From: Octopus vulgaris
Taxonomy: Eukaryota
Length of the DNA stretch: 64,000 nucleotides
Assembly (NCBI GenBank): GCA_951406725.2
Contig: OX597826.1
Location: 46,996,001-47,060,000, forward strand
Direction: 5' to 3'
The notes below the pieces were generated by a model. The model worked only from the letters and a program-made list of their open reading frames with translations. It was not told the DNA's origin and did not search any database. A program made the translations under genes and the position numbers. Positions 1 through 13,445 of this stretch are shown here, piece by piece. Positions within the stretch are counted from its first letter, which is position 1. Each line of letters opens with the position of its first letter.

Positions 1-1037
1 CAACGGAAATTGTGAAGAATATTAATGAAGTATATGGGGATCGGACAATAAGCGTAGCCAGTGTCAACAGTGGTTTCAGAAATTCTGAGCCGGAAACTAA
101 AGCCTAGAAGACTAACTTCGTCCAGGAATATCTGTAGAGCTCGACGAGGACGTTCTGCAAACCCTGGTGGAACAAAATCTCATCGTAGCTATTGAGGACC
201 TAGCAGAGAAGCTTGGATTTGGTCATTCAACCATTTACTTGAGTGCCATCGGAAAAGTCAGCAAATTTGATCAATGAGTTCCTCGCAAATTTTTACGAGT
301 TTAATTACGCGCAGAGAGTAAATGAGTGTTCGTCTTTGCTGTCACGTCTCACGAATGGTCCTTTTTTGGACCGAAAAGTGACTGGTGACGAGAAATGGGC
401 TCCCTATAAAAATGTCAAAGCACCGAAAACAGTGGGCATGGAAAGGAGAAACACCGGCACCCCAGGCTAAAGAAGGTCTGCACCCACGTAATGTGTTGTT
501 ATCTGTTTGGTGGGATATGAAAGACTTAGTCCACTTTGAACTTTTATACCCAAACCAAACGATGGCAAAGGAGATCTGCTGCGAGCATCTTGAGCGGCTT
601 AAGTCAGCATTAGAGGTAAAACGACCATGTTAGGTTTCAAGACGAAAAGTGTTCTTCCATCAGGATAATGCTCAGCCACATACAGCGAGGATGACATTCC
701 GAAGGCTGGAACAGTTTGAATGGGAAACGATGCCCCACCCGTCATATTCGCCGGACATTGCCCCATCTGATTATCATTTATTTATTCCACGGTCTTCAAA
801 ATCATTTGGACGGGAAAAATATGAATTCCTTAGTCGAGGTGAGAACAGTACTGGAGGAGTATTTTTCGTGACGGATAAGTGAATTTCGGAAGACAGGACT
901 TGCAAATCTACCAGATAGAGGGAAGAACATTGTAGAAAATGAAAGAGATTATATTTTATATTAAAAAGAGCCTTATCTTAATTTTGAAAAATAAAGTAAG
1001 TATAAAAAAACTGCAATATTTATGGGATGATTCAATA
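1..1037 (+). mobile_element. Decayed mariner (Tc1/mariner, DD34D) transposon, 5' part outside window, right TIR present
   Basis: Frameshifted, stop-containing transposase: HTH region (INEVYGDRTIS..CQQWFQKF), VTGDEKW, LLSVWWDMK, HQDNAQPH and YSPDIAPSDYHLF. There are 34 residues between the 2nd and 3rd catalytic Asp. Ends in a TIR-like AAAACTGCAATATTTATGGGATGATTCAA followed by TA (1036-1037). Confidence 0.95.
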
Positions 1038-1952
1038 CTCGTCACCTTAGACATTTCTCAATTGTACTTTTTTTTAGACAAGTCGTTGACCTCTTCTCAT
1101 CAAAACCCATCTAAACCAATATTTCAGAACATTTGCCTAGTGAATAGTAAGAAAGCCCCAGTTTAGTTCTCACCAGGGAGATAATGACTAAAAGTATCTC
1201 AGTTTTGATATATATATATATATATATATATCTGCTATTTAAACAGTATAGCTGAAGACCCCCAATATTCAGCGTTTCTTTCTCTTTACAAAATGTATTA
1301 GGCATTATTTGACAAAAATTTTACTCTGGTCTACTGTAAGTGGACACACAGAAGGTTCCGTGTTGGCAGGTGTGAGTCGTTATAGACAGTTGCACTTCGG
1401 ATTATAGACGTTTAACTATTAAATAAGAATGAAAGATTTTCGTTTAGCTTCAAAATAATGAAGCCAGTCCCACCGAGGTGAGCTATGGACATCATACAAC
1501 ACGACGTTCTTTGATGAAATACGTAACTGCCATATACTATAGAAGGGTTGTTCATTCCATTGATTGTATATAACGCTAGTTAAATAAATAAATATTTTTT
1601 AGAAAAAAGTTTTCTAAAAAACTGAATTTTTATATGACAGAATCTATATCCATATTATTACATACATAACATATATATATATAAGTTATTGCTGCTACCG
1701 CCATTTCAGCCACTGACCATTACCTTAGTTCTATTCGAACACATAAGACAGCTATTATGCTTACTCCCCACAAAAACCACCACGTGGATTCTGTTGAGAC
1801 CAGTAAGAAACAATTATGAACTTTTTTATTATGCTTAACTTTTTAAAATATTTTTGACGAGGTTCGTTTTTTTCAAGAAGAACCGAAACATGTAAAATTT
1901 CTAAGAAAATTAAAATTTATCTTATATAGTAGCGTTTTCAAACTAGTTTTTT

Positions 1953-1958
<6 letters not shown>

Positions 1959-2020
<62 letters not shown>
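1959..2020. repeat. (TA)n microsatellite
   Basis: Direct reading. Confidence 0.95.
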
Positions 2021-3009
2021 CTTACACATACGCACGCACGAACACATACAGACTTATTTATACTATAAGTTAGAACAAAAGAAGAAAATAAATGTGGGCA
2101 AAATGATGGAATAAATGTAGTATGCTCAATTTATATCAGTTACTTCTTATTTTCTCTTAGATTATTCCGTATTACACAACAAACAACAGAGAAGACGCTA
2201 AGATCTTTCATTTCTCCTTTATTCCTCTCCATTTTTTTCCTGTTTTTATTTATCCAGGTACAGAGTGAATTATAATACAGAATTAAAAAGAAAAATAACC
2301 AACAAAAGATAACGAAACAGAAAAATATATAAGGTCGGTGTTTGAAATAAAAAGGCGGTATCAATTGTGTTGCTTAGGGACATCCAGAGAGTCAGAGGTG
2401 AAGGGAGAGAAATCATCAGTGTTGGCCAAAAGGGAGACAGCGTTTTGAATGTAAATGATTTTATGTGTCAGCAAAATGTCAATGTCGCCGCAAGGAAAAG
2501 ACAATAAGAAAGAATGAAAAAAGATATATATATATATGGGAGAGCAAAAATGCAGAAAAAAATATGGAAATTGCAATAACACAGCTGTGACAAGAACTGA
2601 AGGATATAAATATACAGGTTGAATAGAATGAACAGATACAAACAACAAGATAAACGACAGCAAAAACAACAGCATGAACAAATAGGAAAAAGTGAGGACT
2701 GCAAGACGTTACTTGACTGAAATGAAGCAATCTTGTAGAAGTTGTGTAGATGTGAGGCGATGGGGATGGGGTAATATTTAACAAATATATATATATGTGT
2801 ATGTGTATGGATATATATATGTATATATGTATATATGTATGCTATAGATGTATGTATGTAGTATATAGCGAAAGTTTGTAAAAATGTTTAGCGAAATGAA
2901 AATGAATTTTTACTGAGTATACATTTTTAAAAAATTAATTTTTGTCATTTGAAAAAGAATAAATAAAAGAAGGAAAATATAAATGCAGAAAGAACTGATT
3001 GAAAAATAG

Positions 3010-3480
<471 letters not shown>

Positions 3481-4329
3481 GCAGAGTAGTTCATGTTTTC
3501 CTTCCTTCTGACGTAAATTAGATGGACTGGAAAGTACGAAAGAAATTAAAAAGAAAATAATGAAATTGGAAAAATAAATATTTCGTTCAGTTAAGAATAA
3601 AATTGCTTTCAATTTCGTAATTTTGGAGTAAAATTTTCACCAAACATTATACTTATACAAACAGGCTTATGTATACATGTTTGTGTGTGCATATCCCTAT
3701 ATGTACGCACGAAATTGTGCATGCGCGCGTGCGCATGTTTATAAACATATACGTGTTGTGGAGTATATGTGTGTATCATTGTATATCTCTTACTTCTTTG
3801 AAATTCTCCAGTAAATTATCGGCTAGTTTGTATAAACAAAACAGTATTATGAATATTCATTCATTTTTTTAAAAAATGTTCTTGAAAATTTTGAAATTCA
3901 GTGGAATTATACCTGTTTTTTTTCTTTTGCTATTCCGAACACAAACTGTATTCGAAGAATACTAGGTACATAGAAACTTACAATGTTTGCTTTTACGCAA
4001 GCACGTAGCTTCATATTGCAATAACACCAATAACAATATGATGTATTACAATACACCATATTGTTGTATTGTTTATTGGTACAAATGTAAATTTATATGA
4101 TGCTTAGATAGATTACACATTTTGAAGCAGTGTCCATAAATCTCGTCTATTTTCCTTAAGACCCCTAATTTAGGTTCCAATTTCAGTGCCAAATATTACT
4201 TAAACCGCAGAAATAAATGTGACAACATTTATAGGATGGTGTTGCAGCTAATCATAGGGTCATAACCTGGGTCTGTTAGGATACTATTTGGATGAATGGC
4301 AGAAGTTATAAAGAGACAAGCTTTATACG

Positions 4330-4640
4330 AGCTTTAATATGCTCATTCGACAACCAATTCAACAGATTCCCTTACAATGACCTAAGAAGCAGGTTCTCTG
4401 TGATTTCAACACTACACCTGTCACTTTCGCCATCATGTTTTCGGTGTTCCACGTATCTGTCCCTTGACTAAACATTTTGTCCAGTTCACTTTCAGTGCAT
4501 GAATTTCTACTCCCTCGATATAGTCCACACTTTCAGTGGATGAATTTCTACTCCCTCGATTTCAACATGTGTGTACTACAGAAGTGATGATTTGAAGTGG
4601 TTCGATGATTTAGCGTCTACTTTCATCATATAGGTATGGT
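4330..4640 (-). mobile_element. Possible very old RTE-type LINE fragment containing a 33-bp tandem duplication
   Basis: Minus-strand peptides FCSTHMLK..ALKVNWTKC..FLGHC loosely resemble the RTE C-terminal segment at 48560-49610. Duplication CACTTTCAGTG(C/G)ATGAATTTCTACTCCCTCGAT at 4487-4519 and 4528-4560. Confidence 0.3.
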
Positions 4641-5029
4641 CTCTTCTATGCCCTTAATTATAATTGTATTTTATACTAGCAAAAATAAATCTCTGAGCGA
4701 GGTATAAACAGTAGCTGCAACAGATCGTGAAGTATATTTGCCATTTGAATATGGCTAAACCCCAAGGGTGGATGCTACTGTAGCTTGTAGCCCCAGGAGG
4801 AACTTGTATGTATATTTAAATGTATATTGTATATTGTATGTATATTTAAATGGCAAATATACTTCACGATGTATTTTATACTATTATAAATCTGTCTGTC
4901 TGTCTGAGAGAGAGAAAGAAAGAAAGAGAAAGACAGAGAGAAAGAAAGAAAGAGAGAGGGAGAGAGATGGAGCTAGTCGGAGAGATTACAACCTACTAAC
5001 ACCCGACACCTACAATCGATAATAAGTGA

Positions 5030-5282
5030 AAAAGGATAAAGATCCTTCCTGAGTAACGTAAACTCACAGGACCGGCTTCCCGGTTTCCGTAACCTGTATA
5101 TTCCTCACCTGGAAAGTTTCCGGTCCATTGCAGAATTACTCATTTTTGCCACCTGAGTGGACTGGAGCAATGTGAAATGAAGTATTTCGCTCAAGAGCAC
5201 AATTCATCGCTCGGATCAGGAATCGAAACCACAATATTACAATCATAATACCAAACAGGCTGACCACTAAGCCACGCGTCTC
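5030..5282 (-). mobile_element. tRNA-headed SINE, family C
   Basis: Minus strand starts GACGCGTGGCTTAGTGGTC (A box) and has GGTTTCGATTCC (B box). Its tail GGAAACCGGGAAGCCGGTCCTGTGAG matches the tail of 6290-6566. Confidence 0.8.
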
Positions 5283-5671
5283 TTATGCTTGATACACAAA
5301 TTAACATTTAACCTGACACCAGCAAACAGGTTTTCTCTCCACATGGTATCAGTTATCGATGAAATATGATACCAATAGAGAAGGCTAAGAGACGCCAACA
5401 ATTTCTCTGCTCTAACTACATGGGTCATATCATGAAAGAACTGATGTCGCAAGATAGTTAAAGAGTCATATGACTTGATGTCATCAACAGTGGTCTAAAT
5501 AGTCTTTCCTATAATTACTTTCGAAATTTCTTTTACATTTTCGCTACTTTGACACCGTAGATCCGAAGAAACGGACATGTTCTGCACCCACTAAACTTTT
5601 AAGTAGAGAGAAACTACGTTACCCTGTTAGTAGATATATCTGTATGTATGAATGATATGTATACCATATAC

Positions 5672-5959
5672 ATGAGTGGCTGTGTGGTAAGAAGCTTGCT
5701 TCCCAACCTCAAGGTTCTGGGTTCAGTCCCACTGCGTGGGGTACATTGGGCGACTGTCTTCTACTATAGCCGACCAAAGTCTTGTGAGTGGATTTGGTAG
5801 ACGGAAACTGAAAGAAGCCCGTCATATATATATATATATATATAGTTGTAGGAATCGGGTGTTGCTTTTATCTGGTAAATCCCGGAACCAAGTTATTGCC
5901 TCGGAGGTCCTATTCCAGAGTGGAAGGGGTGAAGCTTCACGCATTTTTGGTAGGGTGTG

Positions 5960-6003
<44 letters not shown>

Positions 6004-6170
6004 ATATGTGTGTGTGCATGTATGCATGCATGTATTTGTGTGTCTATGTTTGTGCCCCCACCATCGATGACACCGATGCTGGTGTGTTTACGTGCCTATT
6101 ACTTAGAGGTTCAGCATAAGAGAACCGATACAATAAGTACTAGGCTTAGAGAGAATAAGTCCTAGGTCAA
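5672..6170 (+). mobile_element. tRNA-headed SINE, family B, with an unrelated ~115-bp insert in its internal (TA)n
   Basis: GAGTGGCTGTGTGGTAAGAAGCTTGC..GGGTTCAGTCCCACTGCGTGG..GGATTTGGTAGACGGAAACTGAAAGAAGCCCGTC, then a microsatellite, then CCGATGCTGGTGTGTTTACG. Matches the copies at 23125, 36656, 48108, 57457 and 58317. Confidence 0.9.
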
Positions 6171-6289
6171 TTCTACATACTTCAGTTAAATCAGTCAACA
6201 TTATCCAATATTCTTCATCTCATTTTTTAAAGCGGTACTGCGTAGTTTCAAATACGCTGCCATTTCTAAATGGGCAAAGATTCACGCGT

Positions 6290-6566
6290 TAGGGCTCATG
6301 GACTAGTGGTTAGAGCAGCGGACTCGCGGCCGAGGGATCGCGGTTTCGAATCTCAGACCGGGCGATATGTGTGTTTATGAGCGCTCCGGTAGAACGTAAT
6401 GGCGAACTTCTGCTGACTCTTTCGCTACAACATTCTCTCACTCTTTCCTCCTGCATCTTGCAGCTCACCTGCGACGGATCGGCGTCCCGTCCAAGTGGGG
6501 AACCTATACGCCAAGGAAACCGGGAAACCGGCCCAATGAGCCAGGCATGGCTCGAGAAGGAATAAA
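6290..6566 (+). mobile_element. Full-length tRNA-headed SINE (family C type) with 13-bp TSD, inserted in an old family D relic
   Basis: Head GGGCTCATGGACTAGTGGTTAGAGCAGCGGACTCGC..GGTTTCGAATCTC. TSD CAAAGATTCACGC at 6275-6287 and 6567-6579. Confidence 0.9.
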
Positions 6567-6980
6567 CAAAGATTCACGCAGAGACTGCTTCCATTGTTTT
6601 TTACTTGTTTCTAGTATTATATCTTAGAAATCGGTGCATCCAGATGCTTGAAGGACGACTTCTATTTTAAAATCTCTCTAAATGTGGTTACATTCAGATA
6701 TTGATAAAAATAAATAAATTAAACAATTTGAATTGGCGTTAAAACAAAACGTTCAGGCTAAAAAAAAATTATCATAAAAGCTAGCTAAAATCCTAATAAA
6801 CTAGTAGTGTACAATATCACATACTTACTGTTAATGCAATACTTAATCACGGAGGCCATTAATAGTAATAAATGCAAAGGCGAAAAAAAGTCCACATACC
6901 TTCATTAAAAAACATGACTAATGCCTTGTTGGTACAAGACTTTAAATAATGGCTTGGCTTGCACACACCGCTTTACTTTA

Positions 6981-6981
<1 letters not shown>

Positions 6982-7061
<80 letters not shown>

Positions 7062-7177
7062 TATACATATATATATATACACACAAACACAAGCATACCT
7101 TTCTATCTATCTTTCTCTCTTTCTCCGCCTGTCTCTGTCCGTCTGTCTCTCAATATTTACATACATACATACATACT

Positions 7178-7210
<33 letters not shown>

Positions 7211-7580
7211 ACATACATCCATACATGCATATATATGAAATTGTTCCCTTATCTGTGATATCTCTACATTTACAATTAAACATATTTCTTCATTTCCCTA
7301 TCTTTCTGCCTTACTTATCTACCAACCTTATACACTTTCCTTTCTTTTTCACATGCGTTCCCACCTCTACATGTGTGTGTGCGCCTGTGCGTGTGCGTGT
7401 GTGAGCGAGAGGGAGAGAAAGGGAGAGAGAGAAGGAGTGAGAGAGAGAGAGAGTTTGAGTAATCTAATTATTTGTTTAACATTGGCTAATCTCACATTGA
7501 TATATCACAGATTCCAGATTAGATTAGTGAAAAATATTTTGCATTAATAAAGACGTGGAATATAGGTATACGTATGCATA

Positions 7581-7623
<43 letters not shown>

Positions 7624-7650
7624 TTATATATATGTGCATATTTATGTATA

Positions 7651-7730
<80 letters not shown>

Positions 7731-7890
7731 TATATATATATATGCGTATGTATATATGTATATATATGCATATATATATATATATATATATGCATGCATA
7801 TATGCTTGCATATATACAAGCACATATGCATACATACATACATACATACATACATACATACATACATACATACATACATACATACATTCT
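6982..7890. repeat. Microsatellite cluster (TA)n, (GA)n, (CATA)n
   Basis: Direct reading. Confidence 0.9.
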
Positions 7891-8399
7891 GCCGCTAAGT
7901 TAAATAATGTAAAAAGAAACCGCAGCAATACACGACGAATTATATTTGACCTTAAAGTAATACATTAATATTTTAAACTATTAGCTTCAATGAAAACTTT
8001 TGGTAAATTTTATTATTATTATGATATACGTTTATTGACAAACATATAAAAATTGTATTCTGGGAAATAAACATCAATTTCTTTTTATTTGTTTTCTCTT
8101 CATCCCTGTCACCATACATATTGGTTTTCTTTCGAATTGGAAGGTTAATATTTTGCCGTTGTTTTTGCTTTTCCATTAGCAAGAATGATGACAATATTTT
8201 TACTGACTTACGTAACATTCTGACCCTGTATTCATTAATAGCAACTTGAGTAGAAATAACTCGTTAAATCGGTTGTATTTGCTTACGTAAGTGATGCAAA
8301 ATCTTCGTTTTTAAAGACCTGAAGTTTTAACTAATTGCGGTTGCAATCTCCCTTCTACTGTTGTTTGTAATTAGTAAGTTGTCTCTACCCCATTCTCCT

Positions 8400-8448
8400 T
8401 CTCAACATATATATATACATACATCCATACATATATACATACATACAG

Positions 8449-8492
<44 letters not shown>

Positions 8493-8639
8493 GTATATAC
8501 ACATCATATCTACATAATATGCAAATGCACACACACACTCACACATATGTATGTATATGTGTCTGTATATCCATTTTTCGATCTATCTATCGCTCTATCA
8601 TCTATCTAGCTATCTATCTATCTATCTATCTCGCCCTTC

Positions 8640-8674
<35 letters not shown>

Positions 8675-8756
8675 CTCTCTCTCTCTCTCTTCCCACACAC
8701 ACACATATATATATACACATAGATAAATATATATACACACATATATACATATATAC

Positions 8757-8809
<53 letters not shown>

Positions 8810-8980
8810 TCGCCATACTAATATGGCAGTCTATAAATATAAGACTAAAGCTGTCACTGATTAGCTCCAAGAGGCCATCGCCTCTAGCTAGCTATATGAC
8901 ACACGAACCTGCGTCCATTACATTATATATATATATTTATTTATTTATATATATATATATATATTTGTATGTATGTATAA
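8400..8980. repeat. Microsatellite cluster (TA)n, (TATC)n, (CTTT)n with a ~115-bp non-simple insert at 8806-8922
   Basis: Direct reading. Confidence 0.85.
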
Positions 8981-9462
8981 TAGAACAATGGGATGGACAG
9001 ACAAACAGAAACTGTCTGATCAGAGAACTGTACGAAATATCCATCTATTCTCGAAACAAGCCTAAAGCTCAATCAATAAATCTTTTCTTTTTTTTTTTTC
9101 ATTTACAAGGTTTCACCTTCGCTCTACCTACCAAAGTCTGTCGTATCAACATTATGGAGGTTACCTTTCACCTCTTTCAGGCGTCTACTTGCGCACATCG
9201 CAAGTAATATGAACATCCCATAGTGGAAATTTTACTCGTCTCCTGTGATTTATACTCCTTTTTGTAAATATAAATACCTCATAATCTGACCCAATGTCTA
9301 TTGTTTTTTTAGTCCATCCTTTTGTTCCAGTATACAAGCATCAACTTCATCAATACGTTGCCCATAGCCATTTTTCAATTAGGTAGCTACCACATCCTTG
9401 CGTTTAAAGTTGAGGTTTAAGCACGAATTTGACATGAGAACAATCACATTGTACCGGTATCT

Positions 9463-9694
9463 GTTTCTTTACTACCCACAAGGGGCTAAACATAGAGGTG
9501 ACAAACAAGGACAGACAAACGGATTAAGTCGGTTACATGGAAACCAGTGCGTAACTGGTACTTAATTTATCGACCCCGAAAGGATGAAAGGCAAAGTCGA
9601 CCTCGGCGGAATTTGAACTCAGAACGTAACGGCAGACGAAATACGGCTACACTTTTCGCCCGGCGTGCTAACGTTTCTGCCAGCTCGCCGCCTT
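9463..9694 (-). mobile_element. Full-length tRNA-headed SINE family A, tail type A1 (possibly the octopus OR-type SINE), 16-bp TSD
   Basis: Minus strand GGCGGCGAGCTGGCAGAAACGTTAGCACGCCGGGCG..GAGTTCAAATTCCGCCGAGGTCGACTTTGCCTTTCATCCTTTCGGGGTCGATAAATTAAGTACCAG..TTAGCCCCTTGTGGGTAGTAAAGAAA. TSD CATTGTACCGGTATCT at 9447-9462 and 9699-9714. Confidence 0.95.
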
Positions 9695-9962
9695 TTCCCA
9701 TTGTACCGGTATCTTCGTAAAAAATGTTAGTCGTCAATCATATGCTAATTTGAATATTTCATTTCATTTTTTTTTTACGTTTTTCTCAACAGAATATATA
9801 CTTCTTAGCAATGAGAGTTGAGGAGCGATATTTGATGAACCTTCTGAGAACCGAAAACTAGATAGAAGTTTGTTACTTTTAACTGCCTAAGATCTTTTTA
9901 CATTTTTATAGTGAGTTTAGACAATGTATTTTTAATAAACCATCCACCGAAAGAATTCTGGT

Positions 9963-10320
9963 GAAGGAACGTGGCGTAGTGGCGTTGAACTCACGATCAC
10001 ATGTGGCTTTGTGGGTAAGTTGTTGCATTCACAATAGCAAGATTGTGGTATCGTAGTTTCGATTGCCAGTAAGAGTGGTGCGTTTTGATAGTCATCGTTG
10101 TGTTCTTGAGGAAAACAGTTCATTTCACGTGACTCGAGGAGAGTTATGATCTTGGTCACTTATGCGTTATGGTAACCGGATAATGGGCCCTATGAATCCT
10201 AGGACTTGAGACACAAATGACAGGGGTTGATGAAAGAATTCAAGCATCATGATTGTCTGCATAACAGCAGATGAAATAAATAGCAGTAAAATTCAATTCT
10301 CTATGTAACCCTACTCTAAC
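9963..10320 (+). mobile_element. Old tRNA-headed SINE relic (C-like head, D-like body)
   Basis: GTGGCGTAGTGG, GTTTCGATTGCC and TTGTGTTCTTGAGGAAAACAGTTCATTTCACGT resemble the head of 5030-5282. Confidence 0.55.
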
Positions 10321-10839
10321 ACACACACACACACATACAAACACACACTGTCTTTCTCTCTCGCTCACTCTTTCTCTCTCATAAGTCTGTCTGTTTGTCC
10401 CAGTCGGTGAAAGAAATCCTTATTGTTGCAGTGGTTGTATTATTTTATTTTTCTGACAAGCTAAATACACATCCTATTCCTTGAAACCATTTTTTTTTCT
10501 GATGTAGTTTTTATCTTTGCTATAATTTCTATTCATTCGTGTAGTCAATTCCTCTTGCTTATATTAAACGCGCCAAAACTTCCCACTCCACCTGCCTTAA
10601 AAATTCTTGAGCATCTATGTTTGATTCTTTATTGTACAGGCTTTCTTTCAAGCATATTAATTAACTTCAACTTTTTAAGTATAAATCAATGAAGTCTAGT
10701 CATAAGTGATCTCATGGTATAAACCAGCAAATTATGACTTATGAAACTACTCTGTGAATCTATATCGAGATATGTTGAAGAATCTATCTCAATATATATT
10801 AAAAAATTTGTCATGAAAGGTAGAAAGGCTCGATAAGAA

Positions 10840-10985
10840 TAAGGGTACAGGGTAAAATGTCTTTGAGGGGAGAAAGAAGTCGACTTTATCGACCCCGAAA
10901 TGATGAAAAGCAAAGTTGACCCTGATGGAATTTGAACTCCGAACATTAAAGGTGCTGCTCTAATAATTCTGCCAGCTCGCCCTCT
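10840..10985 (-). mobile_element. Degenerate family A SINE
   Basis: ATCGACCCCGAAATGATGAAAAGCAAAGTTGACC..ATTTGAACTC..TTCTGCCAGCTCGCC. Confidence 0.85.
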
Positions 10986-11027
10986 TTAATGATAATTTTA
11001 AGAAACTCATGCCTTTCTGAAAGAGTA

Positions 11028-11260
11028 TTTATTTCTTTAGTGCCCACAGGAGGTTAAATGGAAAGGGGACAAACAAGGACAGACAAAGGGATTAAGTCGA
11101 TTATATCGAGCCCAGTGCGCAATTGGTACTTATTTAATCGACCCCGAAAGGATGAAAGGCAAAGTCGACCTCGGCGGCATTTGAACTCAGAACGTAACGG
11201 CAGATGAAATACCGCAAAGTATTTCACCCGGCGTGGTAACGATTCTGCCAGCTCGACACC
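11028..11260 (-). mobile_element. Full-length family A SINE (A1 tail) with ~14-bp TSD
   Basis: Same consensus as 9463-9694; TSD TTTCT(G/A)AAAGAGTA on both sides. Confidence 0.93.
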
Positions 11261-11399
11261 ATTTTCTAAAAGAGTACTGGGAACATGTGTTTTTAGAGTG
11301 GCTCAACAAATAAACTTTGTTCCTTGATACCAAGCTCGGTTCATTAACACGAAAATTAGAGTTTAGTGTTTAGAGTTTTCAAAAAGCTGTTTTACCTAT

Positions 11400-11620
11400 G
11401 GAGCCCTTTGATTCCTAATTTATTCGGATGGGCTCTCCTAGTCATTCGATGTTTTTAAAAAACCCGTTTTTATAATTAGTTATTATTAAGAGCTGTATTG
11501 AAAATTAAAATATGTTGTGCTTTGTAGAAGTATAACCTGTTTAGTGCACATAGATTTTAACGACAAAATCTTATATGGACCCCACCAAAGGCAATATGGA
11601 TCCCGGTTGAGATCCGTTGC
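11400..11620. mobile_element. Possible hAT-Charlie-type MITE end
   Basis: TATGGACCCC..ATATGGATCCCGGTTGAGATCCGTTG followed by CTGTAGA resembles Charlie-type termini (GGTTGAGAACCACTG). The opposite end was not found. Confidence 0.4.
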
Positions 11621-11739
11621 TGTAGAGTGTTGTACTACATTCTCTCCAATGTGTAATTTGTGCCTCTTTATTTTCTGAGTTGAAATTGCATTATATCTGA
11701 CTTAGCATTTTGTTTTCAGTAAGTTGCTGTTCTTTATTT

Positions 11740-11965
11740 TGAGATTAGTTTTGATTGACGAGATCTACGATTAAATACGTTTCAGTCGTGATCATCTAGT
11801 TGATTTAGAGATATTTGAAACGAAGTTATCAAATGAAAACTTTGAAATTTAAGACGATACAGTGTGATTTGAGAAAGAGAGAGGGAGAGAGAGAGGGAGG
11901 GGAAAATTTTGCTGCTATTTCTAGCATTTTTATCGACTATGTAAAGATGTCTTCGTTGGCTTGTA
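11740..11965 (-). mobile_element. Old interspersed repeat, family D
   Basis: GTGTGATTTGAG..GCTGCTATTTCTAGCA..TGTAAAGATGTCTTCGTTGGCT is similar to 16070-16160 and to the reverse complement of 44820-44850. Confidence 0.6.
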
Positions 11966-12285
11966 AGGTTTGACTAGGTTTGACTCGGGAGGGAGTCAGA
12001 AAGACTAACGTTGATTAAATCAATTTTCAACTTCACCTCTTCACTTCACCCCAACCACCGACGCCAAGAAAAAATATAATATCCTGAATAAAATACAAAA
12101 ATCAATAACACCGCAATGACGAGTAAAACATGTTTAGAATGATCTAATAGATCGAAGATTGTTCTTCGATACTCATTTCATTGTCTACTGCTTGTCAACA
12201 TTTTATACGAATTACAAAGTACAAGAATGTCAACTATCGCAGATAAGTTGAACGAAGTTTCGTCCCTTGCAGCTGTTACTACTAC

Positions 12286-12387
12286 TTTTTTACTATAGGC
12301 ACAAGGCCTGAAATTGCAGGGTGGGGGATAGTCGATTACATTGACTGGCACCCTCCCCAAAAATTTTGGGCCTTGTGCCTAGATTAG

Positions 12388-12392
<5 letters not shown>
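12286..12392. mobile_element. Two family A (A2) SINE tails fused in inverted orientation
   Basis: TAGGCACAAGGCCTGAAATT (12296-12315) is complementary to AATTTTGGGCCTTGTGCCTA (12362-12381) at 18/20 positions. Confidence 0.85.
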
Positions 12393-12440
<48 letters not shown>

Positions 12441-12771
12441 TCTTTCTTTCTATATAGGTACAAGGCCTCGAATTTGTGGGGAGGGGCATAGTAGATTACA
12501 CCGACCCAGTGCTCGACAGAATTTGAACTCAGTACTTAGCGACAGATAAAATACCTATTTCTTTACTACCCACAGGAGCCAAACACAGAGGGGACAAGCA
12601 GATTAAGTCGATTACGTCGACCCCAGTGCGTAACTGGTACTTATTTAATCGACCCCGAAAGGATGAAACGCAAAGTTGACCTCGGTGGAATTTGAACTCA
12701 GAACGTAATGGCAGATGAACTACCGCTAAGCATTTCGCCCGGTGTGCTAACGTTTCTGCCAGCTCGCCGCT
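12441..12771 (-). mobile_element. Family A SINE dimer (full A1 unit plus head-less, internally deleted A2 unit) between (AAT)n arrays
   Basis: Junction AAAGAAATA|GGTATTT on the minus strand at 12556/12555. Confidence 0.9.
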
Positions 12772-12774
12772 TTA

Positions 12775-12815
12775 ATGACAACAACAACAACAACAACAAC
12801 AATAACAATAATAAC

Positions 12816-12901
<86 letters not shown>
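12775..12901. repeat. (AAC)n(AAT)n microsatellite
   Basis: Direct reading. Confidence 0.95.
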
Positions 12902-12902
<1 letters not shown>

Positions 12903-13309
12903 GATAATGTTACTTTTGTTGACTAAGTGTTGTATTAATTTTAGAGTTAAGGTTTAAAGGTAAAACATGACAACTAATATGAACAAAATTATAATGGAAG
13001 CCAAGAAAAATAAGTTACGTTTGAATGTTAGATATTGTTTAAGTGAGCAACCAGCCAATCATAGCTGGCTTAGCTGTCGCATCTAGTTTCATTAAATGTT
13101 AAATAAAAAGCAAAACGCTTTCGCAATGTTGGAATGGCTTGATCGGATCTGGTCTGGTCTGAAATAACATTTACCTTTATAATGGACAAATATTCAGTCT
13201 CTCCTGGCTACTTATACTTCATTAGTTCTAGGAATTCTTCATTCCGTTAGATTAACCTCGAAATTAGTAGAAAAATTTTGGCCTGTTATTTAATAATAGG
13301 AAATGCTGA

Positions 13310-13445
13310 CAGTGATGGTGATTGTGATGGTGATGGTGGTGGTGATGTTGGCGGTGGTGATGATTGTGATGCAGGTGGTGGTGGGTGTGATGAAGGTGGT
13401 GGTGGGTGTGATGAAGGTGGTGGTGTGACGGTAATGGTTGTAGGG
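13310..13445. repeat. Degenerate (GGT/GAT)n low-complexity tract
   Basis: Direct reading. Confidence 0.85.

Noticed and set aside
2361-2445. Protein-like end NAVSLLANTDDFSPFTSDSLDVPKQHN* on the minus strand
   Set aside because: No AG acceptor with a pyrimidine tract just upstream and no recognisable homology.
5553-5570. CCGTAGATCCGAA resembles the core of miR-100/miR-10
   Set aside because: The 5' end and 3' half differ from the mature miRNAs, and no precursor hairpin with a star arm is visible.
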